Shown in pieces: positions 16,658 through 26,267 of a DNA stretch of 64,000 bases. Each line of letters starts with the position of its first letter. The first letter of the stretch is position 1. The position numbers were made by a program, and so were the translations under genes. This stretch comes from Anaerolineales bacterium (lineage in GTDB: Bacteria > Chloroflexota > Anaerolineae > Anaerolineales > E44-bin32). Below the pieces are notes generated by a model. It was given only the letters and a program-made list of their open reading frames with translations. It made no database searches and had not been told where the DNA came from. Location: NCBI GenBank assembly GCA_037382465.1, contig JARRPX010000002.1, positions 6,714 to 70,713 on the forward strand. The letters are read 5' to 3'.

Positions 16658-17794
16658 TCAGGGGCAGGCGTTTTCGAGATGCTCTTCGTACGTTTCGGCG
16701 AATGCGTGACGGCCCGATCCGTCGCACAGCGCACGGAAGTACAGGTAGGTGCTGTCGGCGGGGAAGGCGACTGCCTTCAACGCCGAAGCGCCAGGATTGG
16801 CGATCGGGCCCGGCGGCAGTCCGGTGAATCGGTAGGTGTTGTACGGGGAGTCGAATTCCAGATCGGAGAAGCTGAGCGGCGCCTTCCACCATCCGCCGGT
16901 CTGCAGGCCCAGTGCGTACTGGACGGTGGGATCCGCTTCCAATTTCATGCCCAGGGACAGACGCCGCAGGAAGACCGAGGCGATCAGCGGCCGTTCATCC
17001 GGGATTACGGCTTCGCGCTCTACTATCGAGGCCAGCGTGACAGCCTGGTATACGTTCAATCCCTGTCGTTCGAATCCCGCGAGCATTTCTGCATCGAGCT
17101 TGGATTCGAAGTTGTCCAGCATGGCGAGGATCACGTCACGTGCAGATGCCTCGGGATCGAAGAAATACGTGTCCGGGAACAGTAACCCTTCCAGCGAAGC
17201 TTCGGCGGGCCAATCGACTGGAAGATCGCTGCTGCGGGCAATTTCATCACAAGCTGCCAGAAAATCCTCGAAGCTGATATTCAGATCGCTGACGGCGACG
17301 CGTTCGGCGATTTCTTCCAGGCGCAAGCCCTCGACCACGGTGAAGGCGGTCGCCGCAGGGATCGCGGTCTGCAGTGCGTCTGCGATCTGGCGGATGGTCA
17401 TCTCTCCGGTAAGTTGGTAATATCCAACCTCGACGCTGTAGTCGAAACCGCGGTAGCGCAGGTAATTGCGCAGCAGGAAACCGTTGCGGACGACGCCGCT
17501 TTCCGTCAGGCGGTCGACGACGTCGCTGGCGAGATTGCCCTCAAACACTTCGAAATCAATCGATACTTCCGCTGCGCCCGCAGGTTCGTCGAGCGCGGCT
17601 TCATTGGCCAGCAGATACACGGATAACAGCGTGCGCATGAACGGGTTCAGGTGGGGATTGGGCGGGCCGAGGCGTTCGTTCGACTGCGGCACGCCGAGCA
17701 TGACGAATCCCGCCGCCCAGATTACTCCGCAGATGATCAGCATACCAGCAGCTGCACCGAGCAAACAAGCAGGTCGTTTAAGGCTTTTCAGCAT
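16658..17794 (-). CDS. mltG: endolytic murein transglycosylase MltG (YceG family)
   Basis: ORF 16658..17833 trimmed to ATG 17794 (MLKSLKRPACLLGAAAGMLII, single TM). YceG core ...ASIVEREA..., ...LEADPTVQYALG..., ...SPYNTYRFTGLPPGPIANPG. Confidence 0.88.
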   Translation of the reverse strand: MLKSLKRPACLLGAAAGMLIICGVIWAAGFVMLGVPQSNERLGPPNPHLNPFMRTLLSVYLLANEAALDEPAGAAEVSIDFEVFEGNLASDVVDRLTESGVVRNGFLLRNYLRYRGFDYSVEVGYYQLTGEMTIRQIADALQTAIPAATAFTVVEGLRLEEIAERVAVSDLNISFEDFLAACDEIARSSDLPVDWPAEASLEGLLFPDTYFFDPEASARDVILAMLDNFESKLDAEMLAGFERQGLNVYQAVTLASIVEREAVIPDERPLIASVFLRRLSLGMKLEADPTVQYALGLQTGGWWKAPLSFSDLEFDSPYNTYRFTGLPPGPIANPGASALKAVAFPADSTYLYFRALCDGSGRHAFAETYEEHLENACP

Positions 17795-18173
17795 AGAGGT
17801 ATTCCTGTAAGAAAACGGCGGCTGCACGCGCATCCGTCATGCCATCTTTTTTCCCGTGGAGTCGGAGCGCGGCACTCGTGGAATCAGTTTCGTCCCAGGT
17901 GTCGACCTGTAATTCCGTCACGGCGCGCAGCGCCTCAACCAGGCGCAGCGCCTTTCGAGCTTGATGCCCGATTTGGCCCGCCGCGTTCAGGGCAAGTCCG
18001 ACGAGGATCCTATCCGCTTCGCATTCATCCGCCCACTGGACGATTGCTTGGGCGTCTGTGATTCTCGACACGTGTTTGACGACCGCCAGGGGTCTCGCGA
18101 TGGTTCCGCTTGGATCGCTGACCGCCAGGCCGATGCGTTTGTCTCCCGGGTCGACGGCAAGTATGCGGGTCAT
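17778..18173 (-). CDS. ruvX: Holliday-junction-resolvase-like / pre-16S rRNA nuclease RuvX (YqgF)
   Basis: ORF 17778..18239 trimmed to ATG 18173 (MTRILAVDPGDKRIGLAVSDPSG...). Start overlaps the stop of the upstream gene (ATGA) and the 3' end overlaps mltG by 17 nt. Confidence 0.88.
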   Translation of the reverse strand: MTRILAVDPGDKRIGLAVSDPSGTIARPLAVVKHVSRITDAQAIVQWADECEADRILVGLALNAAGQIGHQARKALRLVEALRAVTELQVDTWDETDSTSAALRLHGKKDGMTDARAAAVFLQEYLYAEKP

Positions 18174-19693
18174 GAATTCACCTGCCAAGAATAGTGAATG
18201 GAGATTCGCGTTGGGAGGAACGGGATTCGCGGCAGCCATCCGGGATAGAGGTGCAGCGTCGGAGGTTCCGTGACCGCGATGTTCTGCGAGACGAGCGCCA
18301 CCGCACGCGCCGGTCGTTCCCAGCGAAGGATTTCACGCAGCATGTCCTTGTCGGCAGGGATGTAGATATCCTGCCAGGCGCGTGCGGCGAGATCGACGAC
18401 GTCGGATCGGATTTGCGAACCCTCTTCGAGGACTTCGAAACCGAAACTGTGTGGAACCGGCGCATATCCGGCAGGTATCTGATCGGCAAGCACTCGCTCC
18501 GCCGCAGTTTGCGCATCCGAATTCCGGTACGCAAAAACGCTGTATTCGACGTCCATCGACAAGGCAAGCGTGTCCGCCGGATCGCCGAGTGCACGATCGA
18601 ACGTACGTTGGTCGACTTGCGTGAGTCGAAGCGATTGGGAAAGCAGGATCTGCTGCTCATGTAAAAGCGCACTGAGCTGCTGCAGTGCCTGGGCTTCCAG
18701 ATTCTCCTGAAGTTTATCCTCCAGGCGTTTGAAATCCGCTTCGGCGACGGCTCCATGGATTTCGTTTTCCCCGCCGGAGAGGTAGACGATGTTGTTGACT
18801 TCTACCTGCAGTCCCAGCGTGCCTTCCACGGCGTCGATCGCTCCGGAGGGTAAATTGCCGGCCGGACCCAATGTGGTGGCCTCGATGGCCGCCTCTGCCT
18901 GCGCGCCGATCTCACCCGGCAGAGACACGTTTTCCGTCGTGACGAAGCGCTGATCCTCGTACGCGCTGGCGCGCAGCCCCGTGCCTGCAGGGATTTCGAT
19001 GGTATCCGAAGTCAGATTCGTGAAGGTGACGAATCCCCGTGCAGAAGTGGCTGGCAGGGCAATTTCGCCGCTGGTCGGCAGCCGCAGTTCATCCGAAACC
19101 TGTACGGTGAGAATTTGGCCGGGTATCGCGCCGTCTGCTTCCGGCACCACCAATGCAGGATCGACATGCAAAAGCAGGTTGGTGGTCTGCGCTTCGATTG
19201 GCGGCGAGATGATCAGCTCCGCACGAGAAACGATGAGGATCGCCAAGCCGCCAAGCGTAACGAGAACCACGACCAGTAAGAGCGCACGCAATATTTTAAG
19301 TGGTGTGGAGGGCGGCCTGTCTGCGAGGTCGTTGGTCGACTCGAGCCTCGCAATCGAGGCTTCTTTCTTCCTGGGGCGTGGACCTGCTGCTTTTGAACGG
19401 CGGCGAGCCCTGCGGCGCCAGCCGGCATCCGTCACGGCATCGACGCTCTCGAAAGCCGGAATCGCCAAAACATCGGCATGATCGAGGACACCCGGGTCGT
19501 TTGTTACGAGACCGATTTGCAGGCTGTGCTGCGCCGCGAAACGCTGCAGCAATACCAGGTCTAGCCTGCGGTGGAGAATTCGCCCGTACTTTGGCCAGAC
19601 GATGAGCACGCGCGGAGATTTCGCCCAGCCCAACTTGTCTCGGGCAGACACGTAATCGTCATGCAAATCGAGGTGAACGATATGGACTTTCAC
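18170..19693 (-). CDS. single-pass membrane protein with an extracytoplasmic Baseplate_J-like domain (function unknown)
   Basis: 507 aa: an ~85-aa cytoplasmic N-domain, an R/K-rich linker, a TM (ILRALLLVVVLVTLGGLAILIV), then FVTFTNLTSDTIEIPAGTGL..FVTTENVSLPG..AEAAIEATTLGPAGNLPSGAI..VEVNNIVYLSGGENE. That last stretch matches my memory of the Baseplate_J pattern. The CDS itself is solid; the domain call is moderate. Confidence 0.7.
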   Translation of the reverse strand: MKVHIVHLDLHDDYVSARDKLGWAKSPRVLIVWPKYGRILHRRLDLVLLQRFAAQHSLQIGLVTNDPGVLDHADVLAIPAFESVDAVTDAGWRRRARRRSKAAGPRPRKKEASIARLESTNDLADRPPSTPLKILRALLLVVVLVTLGGLAILIVSRAELIISPPIEAQTTNLLLHVDPALVVPEADGAIPGQILTVQVSDELRLPTSGEIALPATSARGFVTFTNLTSDTIEIPAGTGLRASAYEDQRFVTTENVSLPGEIGAQAEAAIEATTLGPAGNLPSGAIDAVEGTLGLQVEVNNIVYLSGGENEIHGAVAEADFKRLEDKLQENLEAQALQQLSALLHEQQILLSQSLRLTQVDQRTFDRALGDPADTLALSMDVEYSVFAYRNSDAQTAAERVLADQIPAGYAPVPHSFGFEVLEEGSQIRSDVVDLAARAWQDIYIPADKDMLREILRWERPARAVALVSQNIAVTEPPTLHLYPGWLPRIPFLPTRISIHYSWQVNS

Positions 19694-19718
19694 CGGGATC
19701 AGTCACATGCAATCGGTT

Positions 19719-22469
19719 TCATTGGAGATCAGATTCCACCCAATCGGGCACTACGTCCAAAGCCTCGGGCATTTTAGAGGCATCTTTACCGCCCGCCTGC
19801 GCCAGGGTCGCTTTGCCGCCCCCGCCGCCGCCGATGGCTTTAGCAGCGAGTTTCACCAATTTCGAGGCGTTCAGGTTTCGCGAGATGAGGTCTTCACTCA
19901 CGGCGGCTACGAGAATAGGCCTTCCATCTACGATCGATCCGAGCAGGGCCACACCAGAATCGAATTTGGCGCGAAACCGATCCGTCAACTGGCGCAGAAT
20001 CTCGGCATCGGCGTCGGGGATCATCGCGCTGAGCACGAGCACCCCGGCATACTTCTGGGGTTCGAGAGAATCGAAAACTTCGACCGCTTGCTGCGACTGA
20101 TACGTCGAACGTTCCCGCTCGAGTCGATCGCGCTCGGCGAGTATATTCCGAATCCGCGTGTCGATTTCTTCTACGGGTGAATCCAGGATGGCCGCGACAT
20201 CTTGCAGGATGCGCAGGCGTTCGTCGATGATGGACTGTGCTTTACGTCCGGTGACGGCCTCGATGCGGCGAATTCCGGCCGCAACGCTTCCCTCGCTCAA
20301 GATCAGAAAGGGGCCGATGATTCCGGTCTCGTCGACGTGTGTGCCGCCGCATAATTCGTAGGAATGGCGCACGTTTTCGCCGATGCTGACCGTGCGCACG
20401 ACTTCGCCGTATGTTTCTCCGAAAAGCGCCATCGCGCCTTCGTCTATCGCTTCCTCGCGTGATTTATGCACCACCGTCAGTTTATAGTTCGCTAAAATGG
20501 CCTCGGAGACCTTGTCCTGCACCAATTGAATCTCATCAGCCGTCATCGCTTCGGGATGTGTGAAATCGAAACGCAGGCGGTCGGGCGCCACCAGCGAACC
20601 GGCCTGGCGGGCATGCTCTCCGAGAACTTCTCGCAGCGCGGCGTGGAGCAGGTGGGTGGCCGTGTGATTGCGCATGATATCCAGGCGGCGATCCCCGTCG
20701 ACCGAAGCCCGCGCAAGATCGCCGACCTGCGGGGTCCCGCGAACGACGTTACCCTCGTGCAGAATCAGACCTTTAACGGGTTCGCGTGCGCGCTCGATTT
20801 CGATTTCCCAGGAGGCGCCGTTGACGGCGGATATTTCCCCCGTGTCGGTCACCTGTCCGCCGGATTCGACGTAAAAAGAAGTCTCTGGCAGCACGACCTC
20901 GACTCGTTCACCTTCATGCACGGATCGAACGCGTTCATCCCCTCGAATGAGCGCCAGGACGTCTCCCTGAGTCTGAATCGAATCGTACGGGTCGTAAACG
21001 ACCCCCGCCGGCCCCAACACCTTTGCAGAACGCAGGTCTTCCAGGACCTGGCGGTAGAGATCGATGTTTTCGTCTGCATGGGCTTTACCGCTGCCATCTC
21101 CGGATGTGAGGCGGTGTTGCTCCATCGCCGTGTAAAATCCCGCTTCGTCGGTCGTAAAACCGTGTTCTTCGGCGAGATCGCGCGTGATCTCGAAAGGCAG
21201 GCCGTACGTGGCGTACAGGTCGAAAGCCGATTGACCGGAAATGACCTTCGAACCGGATGATTCGGCTTGCTCCATCAACGTCATGAAGTGGGCGACGCCG
21301 ACATCGATCGTGCGGTGAAAACGGCGTTCTTCGTCCGTGAGGGTTTGCAGAATGGCCGCCTTATTTCGCTCGAGTTCCGGGTAGAAATCGCCGTAGTGTG
21401 CGATCACCGTCTGAGCAATTTCATGGAGGAAGGGTTCGTCGAGACCGATCATTGCGCCGAAACGGCTTGCGCGGCGGATGATCATGCGGCAGACGTAGTT
21501 GCGCCCGACATTTCCAGGGACGACGCCGTCTGCAATCAGGAACGAAGCCGCACGTCCGTGATCGGCGATGACGCGATAGGGAGTCAGATTTTGATGCCGG
21601 GTTTTCTCATCGTCGCCGGTCAGTCGTTGAACGGTGTCCAGAAGCGGCGTGAACAGATCCGTTTTGTAATTGGAATCGACGTCCTGCAGAACCGATACGA
21701 TGCGTTCGAAGCCCATGCCGGTGTCGACGTGTTTTGCGGGAAGCGGTTCGAGTTCGTGTGGGCTGATGCGGTTGTACTGGATAAACACCAGGTTCCACAA
21801 TTCCAGATAGCGCTGGCAGTCACCGTTTACTGCGCATTCGTGACCCTTCACGTCCCGCATGTTGCAGTATTCGGGACCGCGATCGAAGTGGATTTCGCTG
21901 TCCGGGCCGCAAGGTCCCGTGTCCGCCATCTCCCAGAAATTTTCCTCCCTGCCGAAATAAAGCACGTGGCTGGCTGGGAAACCGGGTTGTTCGAGCCAGA
22001 TGCCGGCCGCTTCGTCGTCGCGAGGAATCTCTCCCATTTCGTCTTCGAAGCATGTGGCGTACAGCCGATCTTTCGGCAGCCCCCACACATCCGTGAGCAG
22101 TTCCCAGGCCCAGGTGATTGCGTCCTTCTTGTAGTAATCACCGAAGGACCAGTTGCCTAGCATTTCGAAGAACGTATGGTGAGTGTCGTCCCGTCCGACG
22201 TCTTCCAGGTCGTTGTGCTTGCCCGCGACGCGCATGCATTTTTGACAGTCCACGGCACGAACGTAGGGGCGAGTGCCGGAACCGAGGAACACGTCTTTAA
22301 ACTGCACCATACCGGCGTTTGTGAAGAGCAGGGTTTGATCCCCGCCGGGAACGAGAGAGGCGGAAGGGACGATCGTGTGACCGTGCCGCGCGAAAAAATC
22401 CAGGAAGGATTGACGGATCTCTGCGCCCGTCCGCTTCACGGGCGTTTTATTTTCTCGTTTTTTCGACAT
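19719..22469 (-). CDS. alaS: alanine--tRNA ligase
   Basis: 916 aa. Class II core (FTNAGMVQFKDVFLG, ...WNLVFIQYNR), editing domain HxxxH (HTATHLLHAAL) and C-terminal DHHA1-like tail. Confidence 0.95.
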   Translation of the reverse strand: MSKKRENKTPVKRTGAEIRQSFLDFFARHGHTIVPSASLVPGGDQTLLFTNAGMVQFKDVFLGSGTRPYVRAVDCQKCMRVAGKHNDLEDVGRDDTHHTFFEMLGNWSFGDYYKKDAITWAWELLTDVWGLPKDRLYATCFEDEMGEIPRDDEAAGIWLEQPGFPASHVLYFGREENFWEMADTGPCGPDSEIHFDRGPEYCNMRDVKGHECAVNGDCQRYLELWNLVFIQYNRISPHELEPLPAKHVDTGMGFERIVSVLQDVDSNYKTDLFTPLLDTVQRLTGDDEKTRHQNLTPYRVIADHGRAASFLIADGVVPGNVGRNYVCRMIIRRASRFGAMIGLDEPFLHEIAQTVIAHYGDFYPELERNKAAILQTLTDEERRFHRTIDVGVAHFMTLMEQAESSGSKVISGQSAFDLYATYGLPFEITRDLAEEHGFTTDEAGFYTAMEQHRLTSGDGSGKAHADENIDLYRQVLEDLRSAKVLGPAGVVYDPYDSIQTQGDVLALIRGDERVRSVHEGERVEVVLPETSFYVESGGQVTDTGEISAVNGASWEIEIERAREPVKGLILHEGNVVRGTPQVGDLARASVDGDRRLDIMRNHTATHLLHAALREVLGEHARQAGSLVAPDRLRFDFTHPEAMTADEIQLVQDKVSEAILANYKLTVVHKSREEAIDEGAMALFGETYGEVVRTVSIGENVRHSYELCGGTHVDETGIIGPFLILSEGSVAAGIRRIEAVTGRKAQSIIDERLRILQDVAAILDSPVEEIDTRIRNILAERDRLERERSTYQSQQAVEVFDSLEPQKYAGVLVLSAMIPDADAEILRQLTDRFRAKFDSGVALLGSIVDGRPILVAAVSEDLISRNLNASKLVKLAAKAIGGGGGGKATLAQAGGKDASKMPEALDVVPDWVESDLQ

Positions 22470-22490
22470 TCTAACTCCACTTGGTTAGCG

Positions 22491-22519
22491 ATTATACGTC
22501 ATGAGCGAAGGCGCATCAA
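22491..22519 (-). promoter_or_regulatory. sigma70-type promoter for the alaS operon (TTGATG-N17-TATAAT)
   Basis: The minus strand reads TTGATGcgccttcgctcatgacgTATAATcgctaaccaagtGGAGttagaATG. Exact 17-nt spacer, with an SD-containing short leader. Confidence 0.5.
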
Positions 22520-22655
22520 CAAGGTGTGCTGCGCGAATTGCGGCGCCTCGGGTTATACTTATAGTCATTGAGCCAGCGATGTCACAAATGGCATATCGAC
22601 AGCGTTGTAAAATTGAAACCGTTATCACGCACTTCGTTTCGCATGGAGGAATAAC

Positions 22656-23756
22656 ATGGAATCATCTCGCCGGAATTCTCTCACGCTGGTCTTCACGATC
22701 CTGATTCTGGGGATTCTCGCCTGCGGGCCGCTGGCACAGACGCAGGAAGCCGATCTGAATCTTGCGGGCACGCAGACCATGGAAGCGTTGGACCTCATTG
22801 TTGCGGCCACACTTCAGGCGTCATCTGGAGGTGAGGGCGAATCCGGTGAATCTTCTCCGGAACCCGTCGAAGAAGAACCTGCAGCCGAGGTCACCCCGAC
22901 GGCGACCGTCGAACACGTAGCCCGTCCGGAGAATCCGGGTAGTCTGACCAGCTACATGACGGATCGATCCACGAAGGCGTTGGCAGCAGAGCGTAGAGCG
23001 ATCGCCGATAACTTCGATAAAAACCTGGTCGAACGCCCGTTTACCTCCGAAGTGATGGACTACGTAGAACATCTCGACATCACCCGTGCCGAGTTGAGTT
23101 TGAGTGGTTCCTGGGTGTATGTAACTATATTCCTGGAGGGCGAACCTCCTGCCGATTCGCAGGCCGTGTATGCCGTTGAGATCGATGGAGATCTCGATGG
23201 TCGTGGCGATTGGTATATTTCGGGCGTCGTTCCTGCATCGAGCGACTGGACCACAGACGGCGTGTTCGCCTGGCGGGACAGCAACAACGACGTCGGCGGC
23301 GTGGTTCCGCTGGAAGCCGATCCTCCGCAGCCGGTCTGGGACGGGTATGACGAGCAGTTATTTGCCCAGGGAATCGGGACCGATCCGGACGCGGCTTGGA
23401 TACGGCGATCGCCCACACAGCCGGACCGTGTGCAGTTGGCTTTCAAGTATTCTTTGATCGATTCGGACGGCGAGTTCATGTGGGGAGTCTGGTCGGAAGA
23501 AATGGTCATCCAGCCGGGTTGGATGGACTACAACGACCATTTCACGCCGGAAGAAGCCGGATCGCCAGAGATCAGCAGTTCACTGTATCCCATCAAGCAA
23601 GTCGCCATGATGGACAACACCTGCCGCTGGACCGTAGGATTTACACCGGACGGCACCGAACCTGGCGTTTGCTATGTGGCTCCGCCGACACCGACACCGA
23701 CAATTACACCCACGGTTACAATGACGCCAACGGCAACATTAGAGGAGCTTTATTAG
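22656..23756 (+). CDS. hypothetical secreted lipoprotein with Pro/Thr-rich C-terminal tail
   Basis: 366 aa. Signal plus lipobox (LTLVFTILILGILAC), an acidic mature domain with no family I recognise, and a tail PPTPTPTITPTVTMTPTATLEELY. Confidence 0.7.
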   Translation: MESSRRNSLTLVFTILILGILACGPLAQTQEADLNLAGTQTMEALDLIVAATLQASSGGEGESGESSPEPVEEEPAAEVTPTATVEHVARPENPGSLTSYMTDRSTKALAAERRAIADNFDKNLVERPFTSEVMDYVEHLDITRAELSLSGSWVYVTIFLEGEPPADSQAVYAVEIDGDLDGRGDWYISGVVPASSDWTTDGVFAWRDSNNDVGGVVPLEADPPQPVWDGYDEQLFAQGIGTDPDAAWIRRSPTQPDRVQLAFKYSLIDSDGEFMWGVWSEEMVIQPGWMDYNDHFTPEEAGSPEISSSLYPIKQVAMMDNTCRWTVGFTPDGTEPGVCYVAPPTPTPTITPTVTMTPTATLEELY

Positions 23757-23784
23757 CCAATCGACATCGTCAGGATGAAGTTTC

Positions 23785-23814
23785 TTGACGCCAATTCTCG
23801 GACTGTGGTACACT
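23785..23814 (+). promoter_or_regulatory. promoter for tRNA-Asp (TTGACG-N18-TGgTACACT)
   Basis: TTGACG at 23785-23790, TACACT at 23809-23814 with an upstream TG. The tRNA 5' end lies 11 nt downstream. Confidence 0.5.
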
Positions 23815-23825
23815 GCTCAGCGTCC

Positions 23826-23899
23826 GGGGGTGTAGTGTAGTGGCTTAACACGCTGCCCTGTCAAGGCAGAGATCGCGGGTTCGAATCCCGTCATCCCCG
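23826..23899 (+). tRNA. tRNA-Asp (anticodon GTC)
   Basis: Hand-folded cloverleaf. Acceptor GGGGGTG/CATCCCC, D stem GTGT/ACAC, anticodon stem CTGCC/GGCAG with loop CTGTCAA, T arm GCGGG-TTCGAAT-CCCGT, discriminator G. CCA is not encoded. Confidence 0.9.
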
Positions 23900-23903
23900 C
23901 ACA

Positions 23904-23930
23904 AACGCCTGATCCATTCAGGCGTTTTTT
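23904..23930 (+). terminator. intrinsic terminator after tRNA-Asp
   Basis: Hairpin AACGCCTGA / TCAGGCGTT followed by a T6 run. Confidence 0.7.
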
Positions 23931-24044
23931 CTTGCGCTTGAGAGATTTGCGTTTCATGCGTCTATGAAAGTATCTGGCAGTATGTTGTCAACTTGACATG
24001 CGCGAAATCGCTGTGATATGCTCTGACGGCTTTCGGAGGCTGAA

Positions 24045-25157
24045 ATGGGGGAGAAAAAACTGTATTGGGTCGGTTTCAACCTTGTCTCTGGTATCGGGCC
24101 CCATCGTCTGCGATCACTACTGGATACATGCGGAGACGTGGAGCTTGCCTGGAACGCAGATCGTCAGACGTTGAAATCCGCCGGTTTGGGACCGAAGACC
24201 ATCGAATCGTTTTTAGAAGTACGCCGGCGTGTAGATTTGGAAAGCGTATGGAAGGATATCCAGTCCAGAGGATTGAAAGTCATAACCTGGGACTGCCAGC
24301 AATATCCGCAGCGATTGCGTGAAATCGATGCGCCTCCGCCGATGTTATACACTTTGGGCGATTTCGATACCCGGGATCGATGGGCGGCGGCGGTAGTCGG
24401 CACACGCAGGATGTCGCCGTACGGTGAGGCGGTCACACGCGATCTAGGCCGGACGCTCGCCGGAAGCGGCGTGACGGTGGTATCGGGTTTGGCGCGCGGC
24501 ATCGATGGCGTCGCTCACGAAGCTGCGTTGGACGCGGGTGGGCGGACGATCGCGGTGCTGGGATCCGGATTGGATCAAATCTATCCACCCGAACATCGAA
24601 AACTGGCCCAAAGGATAATCGAAAATGGGGCCGTTATCAGCGATTATCCCCTCGGGACGCGGCCCGAAGCGAAGAATTTCCCGCCCCGCAATCGAATCAT
24701 CAGCGGTCTCTCGATGGTCGTCATAGTCGTCGAAGCGGGAGAAGGGAGCGGTGCGTTGATCACGGCGGACTTCGCAGCAGAACAAGGACGAGACGTACTC
24801 GCAGTTCCGGGAGATGTTCATCGGAATACGAGCAAAGGTGTAAATCAGTTGATACAATCTGGTGCACAACCGATGCTCTCCCCTCAGGACGTGCTCGAAG
24901 TCCTGAATATGGAAATCGTTACCCGGCAGGAAGCTGTGTCGCGGGCATTGCCGGAAGATAAAACGGAGCGGTTGATCCTGGAATCTCTGGGAAGCGAACC
25001 CGTTCACGTGGACGAATTAAAGGAATCGTGTGCATTGCCAATTGCACGCATCACGGCCGCGTTGGCGATGCTGGAGCTAAAAGGACGCGTGCGAAAACTC
25101 AGTGGTATGCAATACGTGAAAATTCGAGAAGCGCGAACTGCATACCTGCGGGATTGA
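24045..25157 (+). CDS. dprA: DNA-processing protein DprA (Smf)
   Basis: 370 aa. N-terminal SAM-like region, Rossmann core AVVGTRRMSPYGE....VVSGLARGIDGVAHEAAL..GG.TIAVLGSGLD.IYP, and a C-terminal winged helix. Confidence 0.92.
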   Translation: MGEKKLYWVGFNLVSGIGPHRLRSLLDTCGDVELAWNADRQTLKSAGLGPKTIESFLEVRRRVDLESVWKDIQSRGLKVITWDCQQYPQRLREIDAPPPMLYTLGDFDTRDRWAAAVVGTRRMSPYGEAVTRDLGRTLAGSGVTVVSGLARGIDGVAHEAALDAGGRTIAVLGSGLDQIYPPEHRKLAQRIIENGAVISDYPLGTRPEAKNFPPRNRIISGLSMVVIVVEAGEGSGALITADFAAEQGRDVLAVPGDVHRNTSKGVNQLIQSGAQPMLSPQDVLEVLNMEIVTRQEAVSRALPEDKTERLILESLGSEPVHVDELKESCALPIARITAALAMLELKGRVRKLSGMQYVKIREARTAYLRD

Positions 25158-25162
25158 TAAAT

Positions 25163-26263
25163 ATGGCAGAAGACTTTTTTGCAGCGATCATGGCGGGCGG
25201 TGGCGGCACGCGGCTTTGGCCATTGTCCCGGCGAGACCGGCCAAAGCAGATGCTGCAGATATTTGGAAATGAGACATTGTTCGATGTATCGGTTAAACGT
25301 TTGCAGCCATTGATGGATTTCGATCGAATTTTCGTCGTCACGGTCGAGGATCAGGCTAAAATATTGTCCGATCAGGTTCCCTCCCTGCCGGCGGATAACT
25401 TCATCCTCGAGCCCTGCCCGCGAGGCACCGCCTCGGTCGTGGGGCTGGCTGCGATCAAGCTGAGAAAAGTAAATCAGGACTGCGTGATTGCCATCCTCAC
25501 TGCAGATCACTTTATCGCAGACAAAGAAAATTTTCAGGAACTGCTTCGAGCCGCAAGAGAACTGGCGTTGGCGGGAGATCTTGTCACCTTGGGCGTCACG
25601 CCTCGATACCCGGATACAGGGTACGGCTATATCCATCGTGGAGAACGTCGCGGCGTGTTCAACGGATTCGAGGCGTTTCGCGTGGAGGCTTTTAAGGAAA
25701 AGCCGGACGTAGGTCTGGCCGAAGAATATGTAGACAGCGGCGAATACTCCTGGAATTCGGGGATGTTCGTCTGGAAAGCGGAAAGCATTCTGGCTGAAAT
25801 CGAAAGACAGATGCCTGAGCTGTTCCGAGGATTGGAAGAGATCGATCGAGTATTGGGCACGGCAGACGAAGCGGAAACGACAGAAAGAGTCTGGTGCCAA
25901 TTGGAAAGCCAGACGGTGGATTTTGGCATCATGGAAGGCGCCAGGAATGTGAGTGTCATTCCGGCAGATGATCTTGGTTGGTGCGACGTCGGTGGATGGG
26001 CGCGCATGTTCGAGGTGAAAGACCAGGACGAGCACGGAAACGTGATCCTGGCTGAGAATTGTTTGACGGTCGACGCCAGGAATACGTTGATCTACAAGGA
26101 TGAAAGCGCCGAAGCGCAGCGCTTGATCGTCGCCTTGGGAACGGATGCATTGATCGTCGTGGATATGGGCGACGTGCTGCTGGTGTGCCCGAAAGATCGG
26201 TCCGAAGACGTTCGAAAAATCGTGCGTATGCTGGAAGAAAAGGGTATGGATCGATATCTATAG
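25163..26263 (+). CDS. manC: mannose-1-phosphate guanylyltransferase (nucleotidyltransferase domain only)
   Basis: ORF 25028..26263 trimmed to ATG 25163 (MAEDFFAAIMAGGGGTRLWPLSRRDRPKQ...), the diagnostic G-rich NTP-binding N-terminus. Confidence 0.85.
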   Translation: MAEDFFAAIMAGGGGTRLWPLSRRDRPKQMLQIFGNETLFDVSVKRLQPLMDFDRIFVVTVEDQAKILSDQVPSLPADNFILEPCPRGTASVVGLAAIKLRKVNQDCVIAILTADHFIADKENFQELLRAARELALAGDLVTLGVTPRYPDTGYGYIHRGERRGVFNGFEAFRVEAFKEKPDVGLAEEYVDSGEYSWNSGMFVWKAESILAEIERQMPELFRGLEEIDRVLGTADEAETTERVWCQLESQTVDFGIMEGARNVSVIPADDLGWCDVGGWARMFEVKDQDEHGNVILAENCLTVDARNTLIYKDESAEAQRLIVALGTDALIVVDMGDVLLVCPKDRSEDVRKIVRMLEEKGMDRYL

Positions 26264-26267
26264 GAGA

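Noticed and set aside
23690-23745. Repetitive ccgaca/ccgacg DNA that looked like a short tandem repeat
   Set aside because: It is the coding sequence of the Pro/Thr-rich tail of the 22656 lipoprotein. It is not a spaced-repeat array or a non-coding repeat.
25004-26035. 343-aa ORF antisense to the dprA end and manC
   Set aside because: It overlaps two well-supported plus-strand genes. It has no RBS or family resemblance, and its composition is that of an antisense artefact.
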